DNA of 64,000 bases from NCBI GenBank assembly GCA_046726415.1, contig JBKPAK010000008.1:1-64000 (forward strand). Reading direction: 5' to 3'. Origin of the DNA: Candidatus Methylomirabilota bacterium (GTDB taxonomy: Bacteria; Methylomirabilota; Methylomirabilia; Rokubacteriales; CSP1-6). Below, piece by piece: positions 37,838 to 50,000 of the stretch. Every line of letters starts with the position of its first letter. Within the stretch, counting starts at the first letter, position 1. The notes below the pieces were generated by a model, which saw nothing but the letters and a program-made list of their open reading frames with translations, ran no database searches and had not been told where the DNA came from. The translations under genes were made by a program, and so were the position numbers.

Positions 37838-39010
37838 ATCTCCGAGGCGCCCGCGTGGACGTGGGTCGGGACACGAGGCACCCTCGAGGGCCTCGCTCGG
37901 GAGCTGGCCCCACGCCGCGAAGTTGCTCTCGACACCGAGGGCGACAGCTTGCATCACTACCCGGCGCGCGTGGCTCTCGTCCAGCTCGCCCTCGATGCCG
38001 GCCCGGCGTGGCTGGTGGACCCGCTGGCGTTGCCCGATCTCACCCCGCTCGCTCCGGTCTTCGCCGATCCGGCCATCGTCACCGTCGTCCACGCCGGCGA
38101 CAACGACCTGGTCCACCTCAAGCGCCGTTACGGATTCCGCTTCGCGCATCTGTTCGACACCTCGATCGCGGCGCGCTTCCTCGGCAGCCGGGCCCTCGGG
38201 CTGGACGTCCTGCTCGCCGAGCATCTCGGCGTCGAGCTGCCGCCCTCGCGCCAGAAAGACGACTGGTCGGCCCGCCCGCTCTCGCCTGCGCAGGAGCGCT
38301 ACGCCGCAGCCGACGTGCAGTACCTGATTGCCCTCAAGGGCCGCCTCGTCGAGGCGCTCGAGCGCGCCGGCCGCCTGGCGTGGGTCGAGGAGGAGTGTGC
38401 CGCGCTGGCTGCTGATCCGGCGGTGGAGACTCCGCCCGATCCCGACGCGTACGCGAGCCTGAAGGGGGCCCGCGAGCTGTCGGCCCGCTCCCTCGCCGCG
38501 CTGCGCGAGCTGTACGAGGCGCGCGAGCAACTCGCGCTCCAAACGCGGCGGCCGCCCTTCAAGATCATGGCGAACGAGGCGCTCGTCGCCGTGGCCGCGG
38601 CGCTGCCCCGCGACGAGGTCGGGCTGACGGCCATCCCGGGATTCACGCCCCGCGCCGTGCAGCGCTGGGCGACCGCCGTGCTCGCCGCAGTCAGCCGGGC
38701 CCTCGATCTGCCCGAGTCGGCCTTGCCGATCCTGACCCGGCCGGCACGCCTGCACGTCGACGGGCCGACGCGTCGGAGGATCGAGGCCCTCCGCGTCTGG
38801 CGGACACCCGCCGCGACCCGCTTCGGTCTGGATTCCGGTGTGCTCTTGCCCAATCGGCTCATCGGGGAGGTTGCTCGCGCCGCGCCGCGCGACCGCGATC
38901 AGCTCGCGCAGGTGGACGGGCTCCGGCGGTGGCGCGTCGAGGTTGTGGGCGATGAGATCCTGAATGTGCTGGCCCCCACGGCGTCTCGCGTGAGTCGCGA
39001 ATCTCGGTAG
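37838..39010 (+). CDS. rnd: Ribonuclease D
   Basis: ALDTEG, HAGDND, FDTSIAA, DWSARPL..YAAADV, HRDC domains; start codon unclear. Confidence 0.9.
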   Translation: MSEAPAWTWVGTRGTLEGLARELAPRREVALDTEGDSLHHYPARVALVQLALDAGPAWLVDPLALPDLTPLAPVFADPAIVTVVHAGDNDLVHLKRRYGFRFAHLFDTSIAARFLGSRALGLDVLLAEHLGVELPPSRQKDDWSARPLSPAQERYAAADVQYLIALKGRLVEALERAGRLAWVEEECAALAADPAVETPPDPDAYASLKGARELSARSLAALRELYEAREQLALQTRRPPFKIMANEALVAVAAALPRDEVGLTAIPGFTPRAVQRWATAVLAAVSRALDLPESALPILTRPARLHVDGPTRRRIEALRVWRTPAATRFGLDSGVLLPNRLIGEVARAAPRDRDQLAQVDGLRRWRVEVVGDEILNVLAPTASRVSRESR

Positions 39011-39011
39011 G

Positions 39012-39464
39012 ATGGAAGATATGAGTGACTGGCGGGAGAACCTGATCGACGATGACCCAGGGCTGTCGCGGATTCTCACCGAGGCCAAGCGGATCGCCGT
39101 GCTCGGCGCCAAGGTGGGGCGCGGCGAGCCGGCGTTTTACGTGCCGGCTTATCTGAAGGCGCAGGGTTACGAACTCGCGCTGGTCAATCCCACGCTCGCC
39201 GGCCAGAAGGTGCTCGGCGTGCCGGTAGTCCCAAGCCTCGCGGATCTCGAGGGCGCCGACGTGATCGACATCTTCCGGCGGCCGGAGTTCTTGCCGGGGC
39301 ATGCCGCGCAAATCCTGGCACTTCCGTGGCGGCCGGCGGCCGTGTGGCTCCAGCTCGGCATCCGTCATGCCGGGGCCGCCGAGCAACTCGCCCGGGCGGG
39401 CATCCGCGTCGTGCAGGACCGCTGCATGATGCCCGAGCACCGCCGCCTGGTGCGCCCGCGGTAG
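39012..39464 (+). CDS. CoA-binding protein (YccU-like)
   Basis: [30 protein letters not shown]. Confidence 0.9.
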   Translation: MEDMSDWRENLIDDDPGLSRILTEAKRIAVLGAKVGRGEPAFYVPAYLKAQGYELALVNPTLAGQKVLGVPVVPSLADLEGADVIDIFRRPEFLPGHAAQILALPWRPAAVWLQLGIRHAGAAEQLARAGIRVVQDRCMMPEHRRLVRPR

Positions 39465-39472
39465 GAGCGAGC

Positions 39473-41152
<1,680 letters not shown>

Positions 41153-41194
41153 ACGTTTGGGCGCAGGCCGCGCCCCGGCGAGCGAGGCGGGGAC

Positions 41195-42052
41195 ATGCTC
41201 ATCGGGCAGATCAGCGACACGCACATCAGCACGGCGGGGAGTCGCAACGATCGCTTCTTCCACACGGCTGAGCTCCTGGCCCGCGCGGTCGCCCACCTCA
41301 ATGGCCTCGAGACTCGGCCGGATCTCGTCGTCATCACCGGCGACCTCGTCGAGCATGGCCAGGTCGAGGAGTACGAGCGACTGCGCGAGATCCTGGGGCC
41401 GCTGGCCATGCCCACGTTCCTGATCCCCGGCAATCACGACGACCGGGGCAACCTTCGGAAAGTCTTCGCCCATCACGCATATCTGTTCAGCGACGGACGC
41501 TTCGTCCAGTACGCCGTCGAGGACTGGCCGGTGCGCCTCCTCGCCCTCGACACACTGGTCCCGGGACAGAGCGGTGGCCGACTGTGCGGGCAACGCCTGG
41601 CCTGGCTGGAGGCCCGACTGGCCGAGGCGCCGCGGCGCCCGACGGTCGTGATCATGCATCACCCACCGTTCGTGACCGGGATCGCCGCGATGGACGACAT
41701 GGGCCTCGACGGTACCGAGGCCATGGCTGATGTGATCCAGCGCCATCCTCAGGTCGAGCGAGTCCTGTGCGGGCATCTGCACCGTACGATCGTGCGCCGC
41801 TTCGGCGGAACCGTGGCCTGCACCTGTCCCTCCACGGGGCATCAGATCGCGTTGGATCTCCCGCCCGCGCAGGGCCTGGCCGCGGTCATGGAACCTCCGG
41901 CCTGCATGCTGCACCTCTGGCTCGGCGATGCCGGCGGCCTCGTGAGCCACGTCAGTCTGATCGGCGACGGGCATCCGCGGTTCACCGTTTACGATGGTCA
42001 GCGCTGGTTCAGTGACGCCGTTCCGCCCCCGGGATTCTTCCGGGGTCCATGA
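41195..42052 (+). CDS. Metallophosphoesterase (GpdQ/CpdA-like phosphodiesterase)
   Basis: QISDTH, TGDL, PGNHD, MHHPP, CGHLH. Confidence 0.92.
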   Translation: MLIGQISDTHISTAGSRNDRFFHTAELLARAVAHLNGLETRPDLVVITGDLVEHGQVEEYERLREILGPLAMPTFLIPGNHDDRGNLRKVFAHHAYLFSDGRFVQYAVEDWPVRLLALDTLVPGQSGGRLCGQRLAWLEARLAEAPRRPTVVIMHHPPFVTGIAAMDDMGLDGTEAMADVIQRHPQVERVLCGHLHRTIVRRFGGTVACTCPSTGHQIALDLPPAQGLAAVMEPPACMLHLWLGDAGGLVSHVSLIGDGHPRFTVYDGQRWFSDAVPPPGFFRGP

Positions 42053-42714
42053 GAATTCCCGGCGCGGTCTGACCGGATCGGCGACGTGCCGCAGACGAGG
42101 ATATTGTCGGCTTCGCGCCGGATGCGCCGAAGGCGGATCTCGGCGAAGTAGGGCCCCAGCGCCGCTGCGGTTTCCCGCGCGTGCGGGCGCCGGTGGCGGT
42201 TGACGATGAGGGCGCCGCGGTGGCTCACCAGCTGGGCCAGGCTCACCGCGAGCGGGATCGAGCGCGCGGCCGTCTCGTCGTACGTGCAGTCCTCCATGAT
42301 GAAATCGAAGCGGCGACGGGCCCGCTGCAGGGAGGCCACCGCCCATTCGGCCTCCGCGCACAGGAACTCCAGGCGCGGCACCGCGCCCAGCCCGAACCAC
42401 CGCGTGGCCACGCGGACAATGACGGGATCGCGCTCGATGGCGGTGACGTGGCGCGGGGTGAGCCGCGTGCGCAGCAGGTGCAGCTGCGTCCCGCCCCCGA
42501 GTCCCACGAACAGGACCGAAGGGCGGAGCGGGAGATCCACCATGGCGAGCGCCTCGCCCCAGTACTCCTTGAGGGCGCGGGTCCAATCGCCATCACGCGC
42601 GAAGATCGACAGCACGGCGCCATCGAGCATGAGCCGCCGATCGACCCCCACGTCGACGACCTTGACGAGGCCGGAGAGCGGCGACCGCGTCTGGTAGACG
42701 ACGCGCCGGCTCAC
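41998..42714 (-). CDS. Spermidine-synthase-like SAM methyltransferase
   Basis: VLFVGLGGG, AIERDP, FDFIMED. Confidence 0.75.
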   Translation of the reverse strand: MSRRVVYQTRSPLSGLVKVVDVGVDRRLMLDGAVLSIFARDGDWTRALKEYWGEALAMVDLPLRPSVLFVGLGGGTQLHLLRTRLTPRHVTAIERDPVIVRVATRWFGLGAVPRLEFLCAEAEWAVASLQRARRRFDFIMEDCTYDETAARSIPLAVSLAQLVSHRGALIVNRHRRPHARETAAALGPYFAEIRLRRIRREADNILVCGTSPIRSDRAGNSHGPRKNPGGGTASLNQR

Positions 42715-42733
42715 TCCCGCGGCGACCGCCGTT

Positions 42734-43501
42734 TCAGCGGGGGGCCATGCGGATGGCGCCATCGAGCCGGATCGTTTCCGCATTGAGCATGGTGTTCTCG
42801 ATGATGTGCGCGGCGAGGAACGCATACTCCTCAGGCCGTCCCAGCCGCTGGGGGAACGGCACCTGCTTGCCCAGCGAAATGCGCGCGGGCTCGGGCAGGG
42901 TGGCGAGCATGGGCGTCTCGAAGATGCCGGGCGCGATGGTGACCACGCGAATCCCCAACTCGGCGAGGTCGCGGGCGATCGGCAAGGTCATGCCCACCAC
43001 GCCGCCCTTGGAAGCCGAATACGCGGCCTGGCCGATCTGCCCGTCAAAGGCCGCCACCGACGCCGTGTTGATGACGACCCCTCGCTCGCCGTCCGCCGTC
43101 GGCGTGTTCTTGGCCATGAGCGCCGCGGCCAGCCGAATGCAGTTGAAGGTGCCGATGAGATTGATCTGGATGACGCGCGCAAAGTCCTCCAGCTTGGCCG
43201 GCCCCGATCGCCCGAAGGTCTTCATGGCGGTGCCGACGCCCGCACAGTTCACCAACACGTTGACGGCGCCCAGGCGTTCGTGGGCCGCCTTGAGCGCGGT
43301 GTCGACCTCGTCGCTGCTCGTCACATCGGCCGGGGTGAAGACGGCCGATGTGCCCAGCGAGCGCGCCACCTCGGCCCCCGGGGAAGCGGGCCGGTCGAGG
43401 ATGGCGACCCGTCCCCCGGCGGCGATCAGGTGCGCGGCGGTGGCGCGGCCGAGGCCCGAGGCCCCGCCGGTGACGACGGCATTCACGGACTTGATCTCCA
43501 T
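42734..43501 (-). CDS. HSD10-like 3-hydroxyacyl-CoA dehydrogenase (SDR)
   Basis: [40 protein letters not shown]. Confidence 0.93.
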   Translation of the reverse strand: MEIKSVNAVVTGGASGLGRATAAHLIAAGGRVAILDRPASPGAEVARSLGTSAVFTPADVTSSDEVDTALKAAHERLGAVNVLVNCAGVGTAMKTFGRSGPAKLEDFARVIQINLIGTFNCIRLAAALMAKNTPTADGERGVVINTASVAAFDGQIGQAAYSASKGGVVGMTLPIARDLAELGIRVVTIAPGIFETPMLATLPEPARISLGKQVPFPQRLGRPEEYAFLAAHIIENTMLNAETIRLDGAIRMAPR

Positions 43502-43638
43502 GGAGTCCTCCCGGGTGCCGGATGAGCCGCTCTCTATGTAGCACGTTCAGCAGCCCGGGGCGATTGCGCCGGCGAACGCTGACGCGAAGGCCGGTCACCA
43601 AGACGGCGACCGCCCTTGAGATCGGCGGGGTGTTCCAG

Positions 43639-44211
43639 CTAGGTCCCGGTGCCCGGAGTGGCGGCGGATGTCTCGGCGTCTGCGGTGACCTCCGCGCTCT
43701 CCAGCGCAACCGCGGCGGCATTGATGGTGGCGGCAATCCGGACGGCGTCGTTGACGTGGTCGGCAGTGAGGCCGCCGTCCATCACCACCTTCTCGTGGGC
43801 GCGGATGCACATCTCGCAGCCGTTGATGGCGCTGACGGCGAGCGAGAACAGCTCGAAGTCCGTCCTGTTCGTAGCGGGCTGCACCAGGCGGTTCATGCGC
43901 AGTCCGGCCGCCTTCTCGGCGTAGACGGGCTTGCCCACCATGTGGCGGAATCGGTAGTAGACGTTGTTCATGGCCATGAGCGCGGCGGCGGCCGTGGCAT
44001 CTTCCAGGACGGCAGCATCCACGACCCGCGCGGCATCGGCGGTGATCGCGGCCCGCAGCCGGCGGTTGCGGGCGGCGATGGCCGACGCCACCGCCACCCC
44101 CCAGCGCTGAGGCTCGGAGAGCGCGCCGCCCTTCAACACGGTCGGCAGATTGAGCCGGATGTCCTTGGCGGCCTCGGGGAGGGCCGCCCGGAGTGCGTCG
44201 ATCGCGTGCAT
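43639..44211 (-). CDS. ahpD: Alkyl hydroperoxidase AhpD
   Basis: AKDIRLNL, MAMNNVYY, AVSAINGCEMC..HE. Confidence 0.94.
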   Translation of the reverse strand: MHAIDALRAALPEAAKDIRLNLPTVLKGGALSEPQRWGVAVASAIAARNRRLRAAITADAARVVDAAVLEDATAAAALMAMNNVYYRFRHMVGKPVYAEKAAGLRMNRLVQPATNRTDFELFSLAVSAINGCEMCIRAHEKVVMDGGLTADHVNDAVRIAATINAAAVALESAEVTADAETSAATPGTGT

Positions 44212-44213
44212 GA

Positions 44214-44756
44214 CTACGCCACCTGAAGGGTCGGCTCTCCCGCCTTCCAGTTGCAGGGGCACAGCTCACCGGTCTGCAGAGCTTCGAGGACCCGCAGCAC
44301 CTCGTCGACGTTGCGGCCAACGGACAGGTCATTGGCGGTGGCGAAGCGAATGATGCTCTCGGGATCGGCGATGAAGGTGGCGCGAAGCGGGACTCCTTCG
44401 CCTCGGTGCAGGATTCCGAGCGCTGCCGACAGCTCGCGCTTGGTATCGGCCAGCATGGGGAAGGGCAAATTCTTGAGCTCGGCATGGTCGCGCCGCCACG
44501 CGAGATGGACGAAGTGCGTGTCGGTGCTCATGCCGAGCACCTGCGCATCGCGGTCGACGAAGTCGCCGTGGCGCTTGCCGAACTCCGCGATCTCGGTCCG
44601 GCAGACGAACGTGAAGTCCATGGGCCAGGCGAAGAGCACGAGCCATTTGCCGGGATAGCTCCCCTTCGTGATCCGGCGGAACTCCTGGCCACGGTCGAGA
44701 CTCACCACGGCCTGCAGGTCGAAATCGGGCAGACGATCCCCAACGGTCAGCATCAC
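44214..44756 (-). CDS. ahpC: Peroxiredoxin AhpC (AhpD-associated type)
   Basis: WPMDFTFVCRTEI, VGRNVDEVLR, LCPCNW. Confidence 0.94.
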   Translation of the reverse strand: MMLTVGDRLPDFDLQAVVSLDRGQEFRRITKGSYPGKWLVLFAWPMDFTFVCRTEIAEFGKRHGDFVDRDAQVLGMSTDTHFVHLAWRRDHAELKNLPFPMLADTKRELSAALGILHRGEGVPLRATFIADPESIIRFATANDLSVGRNVDEVLRVLEALQTGELCPCNWKAGEPTLQVA

Positions 44757-44797
44757 GAGCGGTCTCCTTTCGAGGTTGAGTGAGCCTTACTTTCAGT

Positions 44798-44817
44798 ATT
44801 AGGAAACCTTAATTATA
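44798..44817 (-). promoter_or_regulatory. ahpC -10 box with adjacent AT-rich imperfect palindrome (possible Fur/PerR-family site)
   Basis: TATAAT on minus strand (44817-44812) overlapping ATTAAGG-TTT-CCTAAT. Confidence 0.45.
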
Positions 44818-44987
44818 CGCATGCATCAACCGGAACGGTCGATGCTCGGGTCGCCGACACCGATGCCCGCGCCATCTCCAGACCGGTCGAGAGAGCGCCG
44901 GGGACACCGCCTGTCGTGTGCCGCAGAGTCTCGACCCCCATATCTCCCGGCTTGCCAGCATCCTAAACATGAGATGAGTATTTCGAT

Positions 44988-45563
44988 ATGAGTGACCCAG
45001 AGGCGAGACCGGATGCACTCACTGCGCGGGTGGTGCGCCCTGGGGCGATCACCGAGGTGGTCGGTGGTCTCTCCTCAGGGCGTACCAGTGTCCTGATGGC
45101 GTGCCTGCGGGATCTCACCCTGGCGGCGGCCGTGGTCGCGCTGGTGGACACTGATCACGCGTTCGATCCCGGCTCCGCCAGGCGGGCGGGGCTCGATCTT
45201 CGACGTCTCCTCTGGGTGCGCTGCGGAGGCCGTCGCGATGTGGCGCTGCGCGCGACCGATCTCCTCGTACGCTGCCCAGGCTTTGCCCTGATCGGGCTCG
45301 ATGTCGGCGAGTCGCCGCCCCGCCTGCCGCTCACCGCGGCCTTCCGGCTGAAGCTCGCCGTGCGCCGCTCGGGGGCGGCCCTGCTCGTCGTCGGCGCTCG
45401 GCGCATCACCGGCGCGGGAGCGTCGCTGGCACTGGAAAGCGCGCGGGAGGCGCTCGCCTGGTCTGGTCCCGGCCCCACTCCAACGCGACTCGTGAGCATG
45501 CGCTCGCGCCTCTCGGTATTGCGTGGCCTGGGCGACGGACTCGCCATGGAGTGGACGGCATGA
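44988..45563 (+). CDS. imuA: ImuA (RecA-like translesion accessory protein)
   Basis: GAITEVVG..SSGRTS, ALVD..HAFDP, GLDLRRLLWVR; first gene of the cassette. Confidence 0.85.
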   Translation: MSDPEARPDALTARVVRPGAITEVVGGLSSGRTSVLMACLRDLTLAAAVVALVDTDHAFDPGSARRAGLDLRRLLWVRCGGRRDVALRATDLLVRCPGFALIGLDVGESPPRLPLTAAFRLKLAVRRSGAALLVVGARRITGAGASLALESAREALAWSGPGPTPTRLVSMRSRLSVLRGLGDGLAMEWTA

Positions 45564-47065
45564 GCCGCTGGGCCTGCGTGCTGGTTCCTCACTTCGCGGC
45601 GGCGGCGGCCGAGCGTGTCGAGCCGGGGCTATGCGAGCGTCCTCTGGCGATCGTGACGGGCGCGCCGCCTGTCACGCGTATCGTCGAAGCCAACATGTCC
45701 GCCCGCGAGCAGGGCGCGGCACCGGGAATGACCGAGGCCGAGGGGCGCACGCGCTGCCCCGCGCTCGCCTCGCGTCCCGCCACCCCGGAGCTCGTGGAGT
45801 GCGCCTCACAGGCGCTGCTCCAGGCGTGTCTCGGCGTATCCCCACGGATTGAGGACGCCGCCCCCGGTGTCGTCCATCTCGAGATCGACGGGCTCGAGCG
45901 CCTGATCGGCGACGACGGCGCGATTGGTCACCGACTGGCGCGATTGGCGACGCGCGTGGGACTGCCCGCGCGCATCGGCATCGCGGATAGCCGCGTGGCG
46001 GCGCGGGTCGCGGCGCGGCGGGCGACCGGACGCGTGACGGTCGTTCCGCCTGGTGCCGACGTGACCACGCTCGCCGCTACACCGCTCGAAGTGTTGGAGC
46101 TGGGGGACGATCTTCGGGGGACGCTCGCGCGCTGGGGAGTGACCACGCTCGGCGACCTGGCCGCACTGTCGCCCGCGGGGCTTGGTGACCGGCTCGGCGC
46201 GGCAGGGTTGCGGGCACACGACCTCGCGCGGGGTCGGGACCTCGGGCCGTTCCGGCCCTACGTGCCACCGCCGTTCTGGGAGGAGGCGCTCGGGCTCGAC
46301 TGGGAAATCGACACGGTGCCTGCACTCGCCGTGGCGCTGGAGATGGTGCTCGGGCGGCTCACCGCCCGACTCGCCGCCGCGCGTCTGGCCGCCGATGCGC
46401 TCTGCCTCCGCATGGGGCTGGCCACTGGGGGACACGACGAGCGGCAGATGCCGCTGGCCTATCCCCTGCGCGAGCCGGCACCGATGTTGACCTTGCTCCG
46501 ACTCTCGCTCGAAGCCCACCCGCCGGCGGCGCCAGTCACCCGCATCGTGGTGAGCGCCAGCAGTGTGGCCGCGCGCCCGGCCCCGCGCGAGCTATGGGAG
46601 CCGGCGGGGCCCCCCACGCGCGACCTGGGAGCGGTGCTCGCGCGGCTGGTCGCCCTGGCCGGTCCCCAGAACGTGGGCTCGCCGGTGGTGAGCGACTCGC
46701 ACCGGCCTGACGCCTTCACGATGGTGCCTTTCGTGCCGCCGGCCGGAGGGCGACCGGAGCTCCCCACCTCCCTGTTCCTCACTCCGCTGGTTCTTCGGCG
46801 CCTTCGCCCTCCGCGGCGCATCGAGGTGGAGACGGACGGGACGGGGCGAGCCAGCGGACGGCTTCCGGCGCGGGTGACCCTCGGCGGTCGTGCGCCCGTG
46901 CGCGTCGCCACCTGCGCGGGCCCGTGGCGGGTCAGCGGGGAGTGGTGGGACGCACGCCCGTGGGCGCGAGACGAGTGGGACGTGGAACTCGCCGACGGCG
47001 TGGTCTGTCGCCTCGCCCGCGATCGCATCTCCCACGCCTGGTATCTCGACGGGGTCTACGACTGA
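45560..47065 (+). CDS. imuB: ImuB (inactive Y-family polymerase)
   Basis: SPRIED, RIGIADS, WGVTTLGDL, C-terminal GPWRVSGEWW..RDEW..GVYD; ATGA overlap. Confidence 0.9.
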   Translation: MSRWACVLVPHFAAAAAERVEPGLCERPLAIVTGAPPVTRIVEANMSAREQGAAPGMTEAEGRTRCPALASRPATPELVECASQALLQACLGVSPRIEDAAPGVVHLEIDGLERLIGDDGAIGHRLARLATRVGLPARIGIADSRVAARVAARRATGRVTVVPPGADVTTLAATPLEVLELGDDLRGTLARWGVTTLGDLAALSPAGLGDRLGAAGLRAHDLARGRDLGPFRPYVPPPFWEEALGLDWEIDTVPALAVALEMVLGRLTARLAAARLAADALCLRMGLATGGHDERQMPLAYPLREPAPMLTLLRLSLEAHPPAAPVTRIVVSASSVAARPAPRELWEPAGPPTRDLGAVLARLVALAGPQNVGSPVVSDSHRPDAFTMVPFVPPAGGRPELPTSLFLTPLVLRRLRPPRRIEVETDGTGRASGRLPARVTLGGRAPVRVATCAGPWRVSGEWWDARPWARDEWDVELADGVVCRLARDRISHAWYLDGVYD

Positions 47066-47070
47066 GTCCC

Positions 47071-50000
47071 ATGTTCGGCGAGCTCCACGCCCAGTCGGCG
47101 TTTTCGTTTCTCGAAGGCGCGGAGCAGCCAGAAGCGCTGGTGGCCGAAGCCGCCCGCCTGGACATGGGCGTGCTGGCCCTCGTCGACCGCGACAGCCTCG
47201 CGGGGGCTCCCCGCTTCTACCAAGCCGCCCTGCGCGCGGGGATCCGCCCGCTCATCGGCAGCGAGCTCACCCTTCGCGACGGCACTCGGCTGCCGCTGCT
47301 CGTCGAGGACCGCGAGGGCTACCAGAACCTCTCGCGGCTGATCACCCTGATGAAGCTCCGTGCCCCCAAGGGGGAGGGGGCGCTCGATCTGGACGAGATC
47401 GCACCCTACTCGACCGGGCTCGTGTGCCTCACGGGGGGAACTCACGGTCCCCTCGCACGCCTGGTGGCCGCCGGCGATGCTCGCGCCGCGCGCGCGGCGC
47501 TCGATCGCCTGGTGGGGATCTTCGGTGCCGACAATTGCTGGGTCGAGGTTCAGCGTCATCTCGACCGAGGCCAAGAACGCGTGCTCCAGCGGCTCGTCCG
47601 CCTTGCCCGCGACGCTCGTCTGTCCTTCGTGGGAACCAACCAGCCCCTCTACTGTGGCGAGCGCGGGGCGATCGTCGACGACGGCGCCCCATGGTCGAGC
47701 GGACGGGCTCTGGCTGACGTGCTGACGTGTATCCGCGAGAAGACCACACTCGATGCTGCCGGCCACCTCCTCGCGGTGAATGACGAACGCCGCCTCAAGC
47801 CCGGCGTCGAGATGGCCCGTCTCTTTGCCGATCTCCCGGAGGTGGTCACGAATACCGGCGAGCTGGCCCTGCGCCTGGCCTTCACGCTCAAGGACGTGGG
47901 CTATCGCTTTCCTGACTTTCCCCTGCCCCCCGGCCAGACCCCCCACGAGTATCTGCGGGCGCTGGCCGAGCGAGGCGCGCGGCAGCGCTACGGCCAGGGA
48001 TCGCTCGCCGGCAAGGCGCGCCGCCAGATCGCCCACGAGCTGGAGATCATCGGGCGCCTCGACCTGGCCGGCTACTTCCTCATCGTGTGGGACATCGTCG
48101 AGTACTGCCATCGCCAGAACATCCTGGTGCAGGGGCGGGGCTCGGCCGCCAACAGCGCGGTCTGCTACGCGCTCGGCATCACCGCCGTCGATCCGGTGAA
48201 GATGGAGCTGCTCTTCGAACGCTTCCTCTCCGAGGCGCGCGGCGAGTGGCCGGATATCGACCTCGATCTGCCCAGCGGCGACCGCCGCGAGGAGGTCATT
48301 CAGCACGTGTACCGGCAGTACGGCCGCCTCGGCGCGGCCATGACCGCAAACGTCATCACCTATCGGGGCCGGAGTGCTGCGCGCGAGGTCGGTAAAGCCC
48401 TGGGCTTGCCGGAGGATCTCCGCGAGCGGCTGTCCAAGCTCGTGCCCAACTGGGGCTATCGCGACCCTGCCGACGTGCTGACCCGCCACCTCGCCGCCGC
48501 CGGCTGCGATCCCGCGCATCCTCGGATCCGGGCCTTCGCCGCCCTGTGGACGCGCATCCAGGACCTGCCCCGCCACCTCGGCCAGCACTCGGGGGGTATG
48601 GTCATCGCGGCCGGCCGCCTCGACGACATCGTGCCGCTCGAGCCGGCCACCATGCCGGGGCGCGTGGTGATCCAGTGGGACAAGGAGGACTGCGCCGCCC
48701 TCGGCATCATCAAGGTCGATCTCCTGGGATTGCGGATGATGTCGGTGATCCAGGAGGCCATCCAGATCGTGGGGGAGACGGGCGGGGAGATCGATCTCGC
48801 GCATTTGCCTGCCGACGACGAAACGGTGTACGGCATGCTGCGCGAGGCCGACACCATCGGGGTCTTCCAGGTGGAGAGCCGCGCCCAGATGGCCACGCTG
48901 CCGCGCATCCAGCCCGAGCGCTTCTACGACCTGGTGGTACAGGTAGCCATCATCCGCCCCGGCCCCATCGTGGGCGACATGGTGCATCCGTACATCAATC
49001 GCCGCCGTGGGCGTGAGCCCATCACCTATCCGCATCCCAGTCTGAAGCCGATTCTCGAGCGGACGCTCGGCGTCCCACTGTTCCAGGAGCAACTGCTGAG
49101 GATGGCCATGGCCACGGCCGGCTTTACCGGAACCCAAGCCGAGGAGCTCCGCCGTGCCTTCGGCTTCAAGCGCAGCGAGGCGCGCATGAAGGAGGTGGAG
49201 GCCAAGCTGCGCACGGGGATGGCCCGTCAAGGCATCGAAGGTGATGCCGCCGAACAGATTGTCCACGCGATCACCGCCTTCGCGCTGTACGGGTTTCCCG
49301 AGTCGCATGCCTCGAGCTTCGCGCTGCTTGCCTATGCCAGCGCGTATCTCAAGGCACACCACCCGGCGGCGTTCTACGCGGCGCTGCTGAACAACCAGCC
49401 GATGGGGTTCTATCACCCGGCCACGATCGTGAAGGATGCGCAGCGCCACGGACAGCGCATCCTGCCGGTGGACGTCAGGCAGTCGGAGTGGCTCTGCACG
49501 GTGGAACCGTGGAGCCGCGACGCGGCGACCAGAGGTGAGGGCGAGAGGCCTCTTCGGCAACGCGACCTTGATCAGCGGGGCGTGCCGCCAACCGGCACGT
49601 TCGCCGTCCGCCTCGGCCTCCGCTATGTGAAGGGACTGCGGGAGAGCGCGGCCAAGGCCCTGGTGGCCGCCCGGGCCGAGCGACCCTTCGCCTCGCCGAT
49701 CGACGTGGCCCACCGGGTCCCGCTCGATCGTGCCGAGCGCGAGACCCTGGCGTCCATCGGCGCCTTCGCATCCCTGGGGGGGACGCGTCGACAAAACATG
49801 TGGGCGATGGCTCGGTTGCCGGGCGGTCCGCTCTTCGCGACGGTTGAAACTCGCGAGGGGATGTCTTGCCGAGGTGACGATGAGGCGGGGCAGGAGAGGC
49901 GCTCACGCTCCCCGGCAGGCTCGGCAGACGAGCGGTCGCCTTTGCGCGAGATGACCCAGATCGAGCGGCTGGAAGCTGACTATGGCGGCACCAGTGTCAC

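Noticed and set aside
47056-49794. Long antisense or alternative-frame ORFs (e.g. 912 aa here, 18469-20736, 58995-61322, 33391-35424)
   Set aside because: Shadow ORFs typical of high-GC DNA; they overlap well-supported genes and lack family motifs
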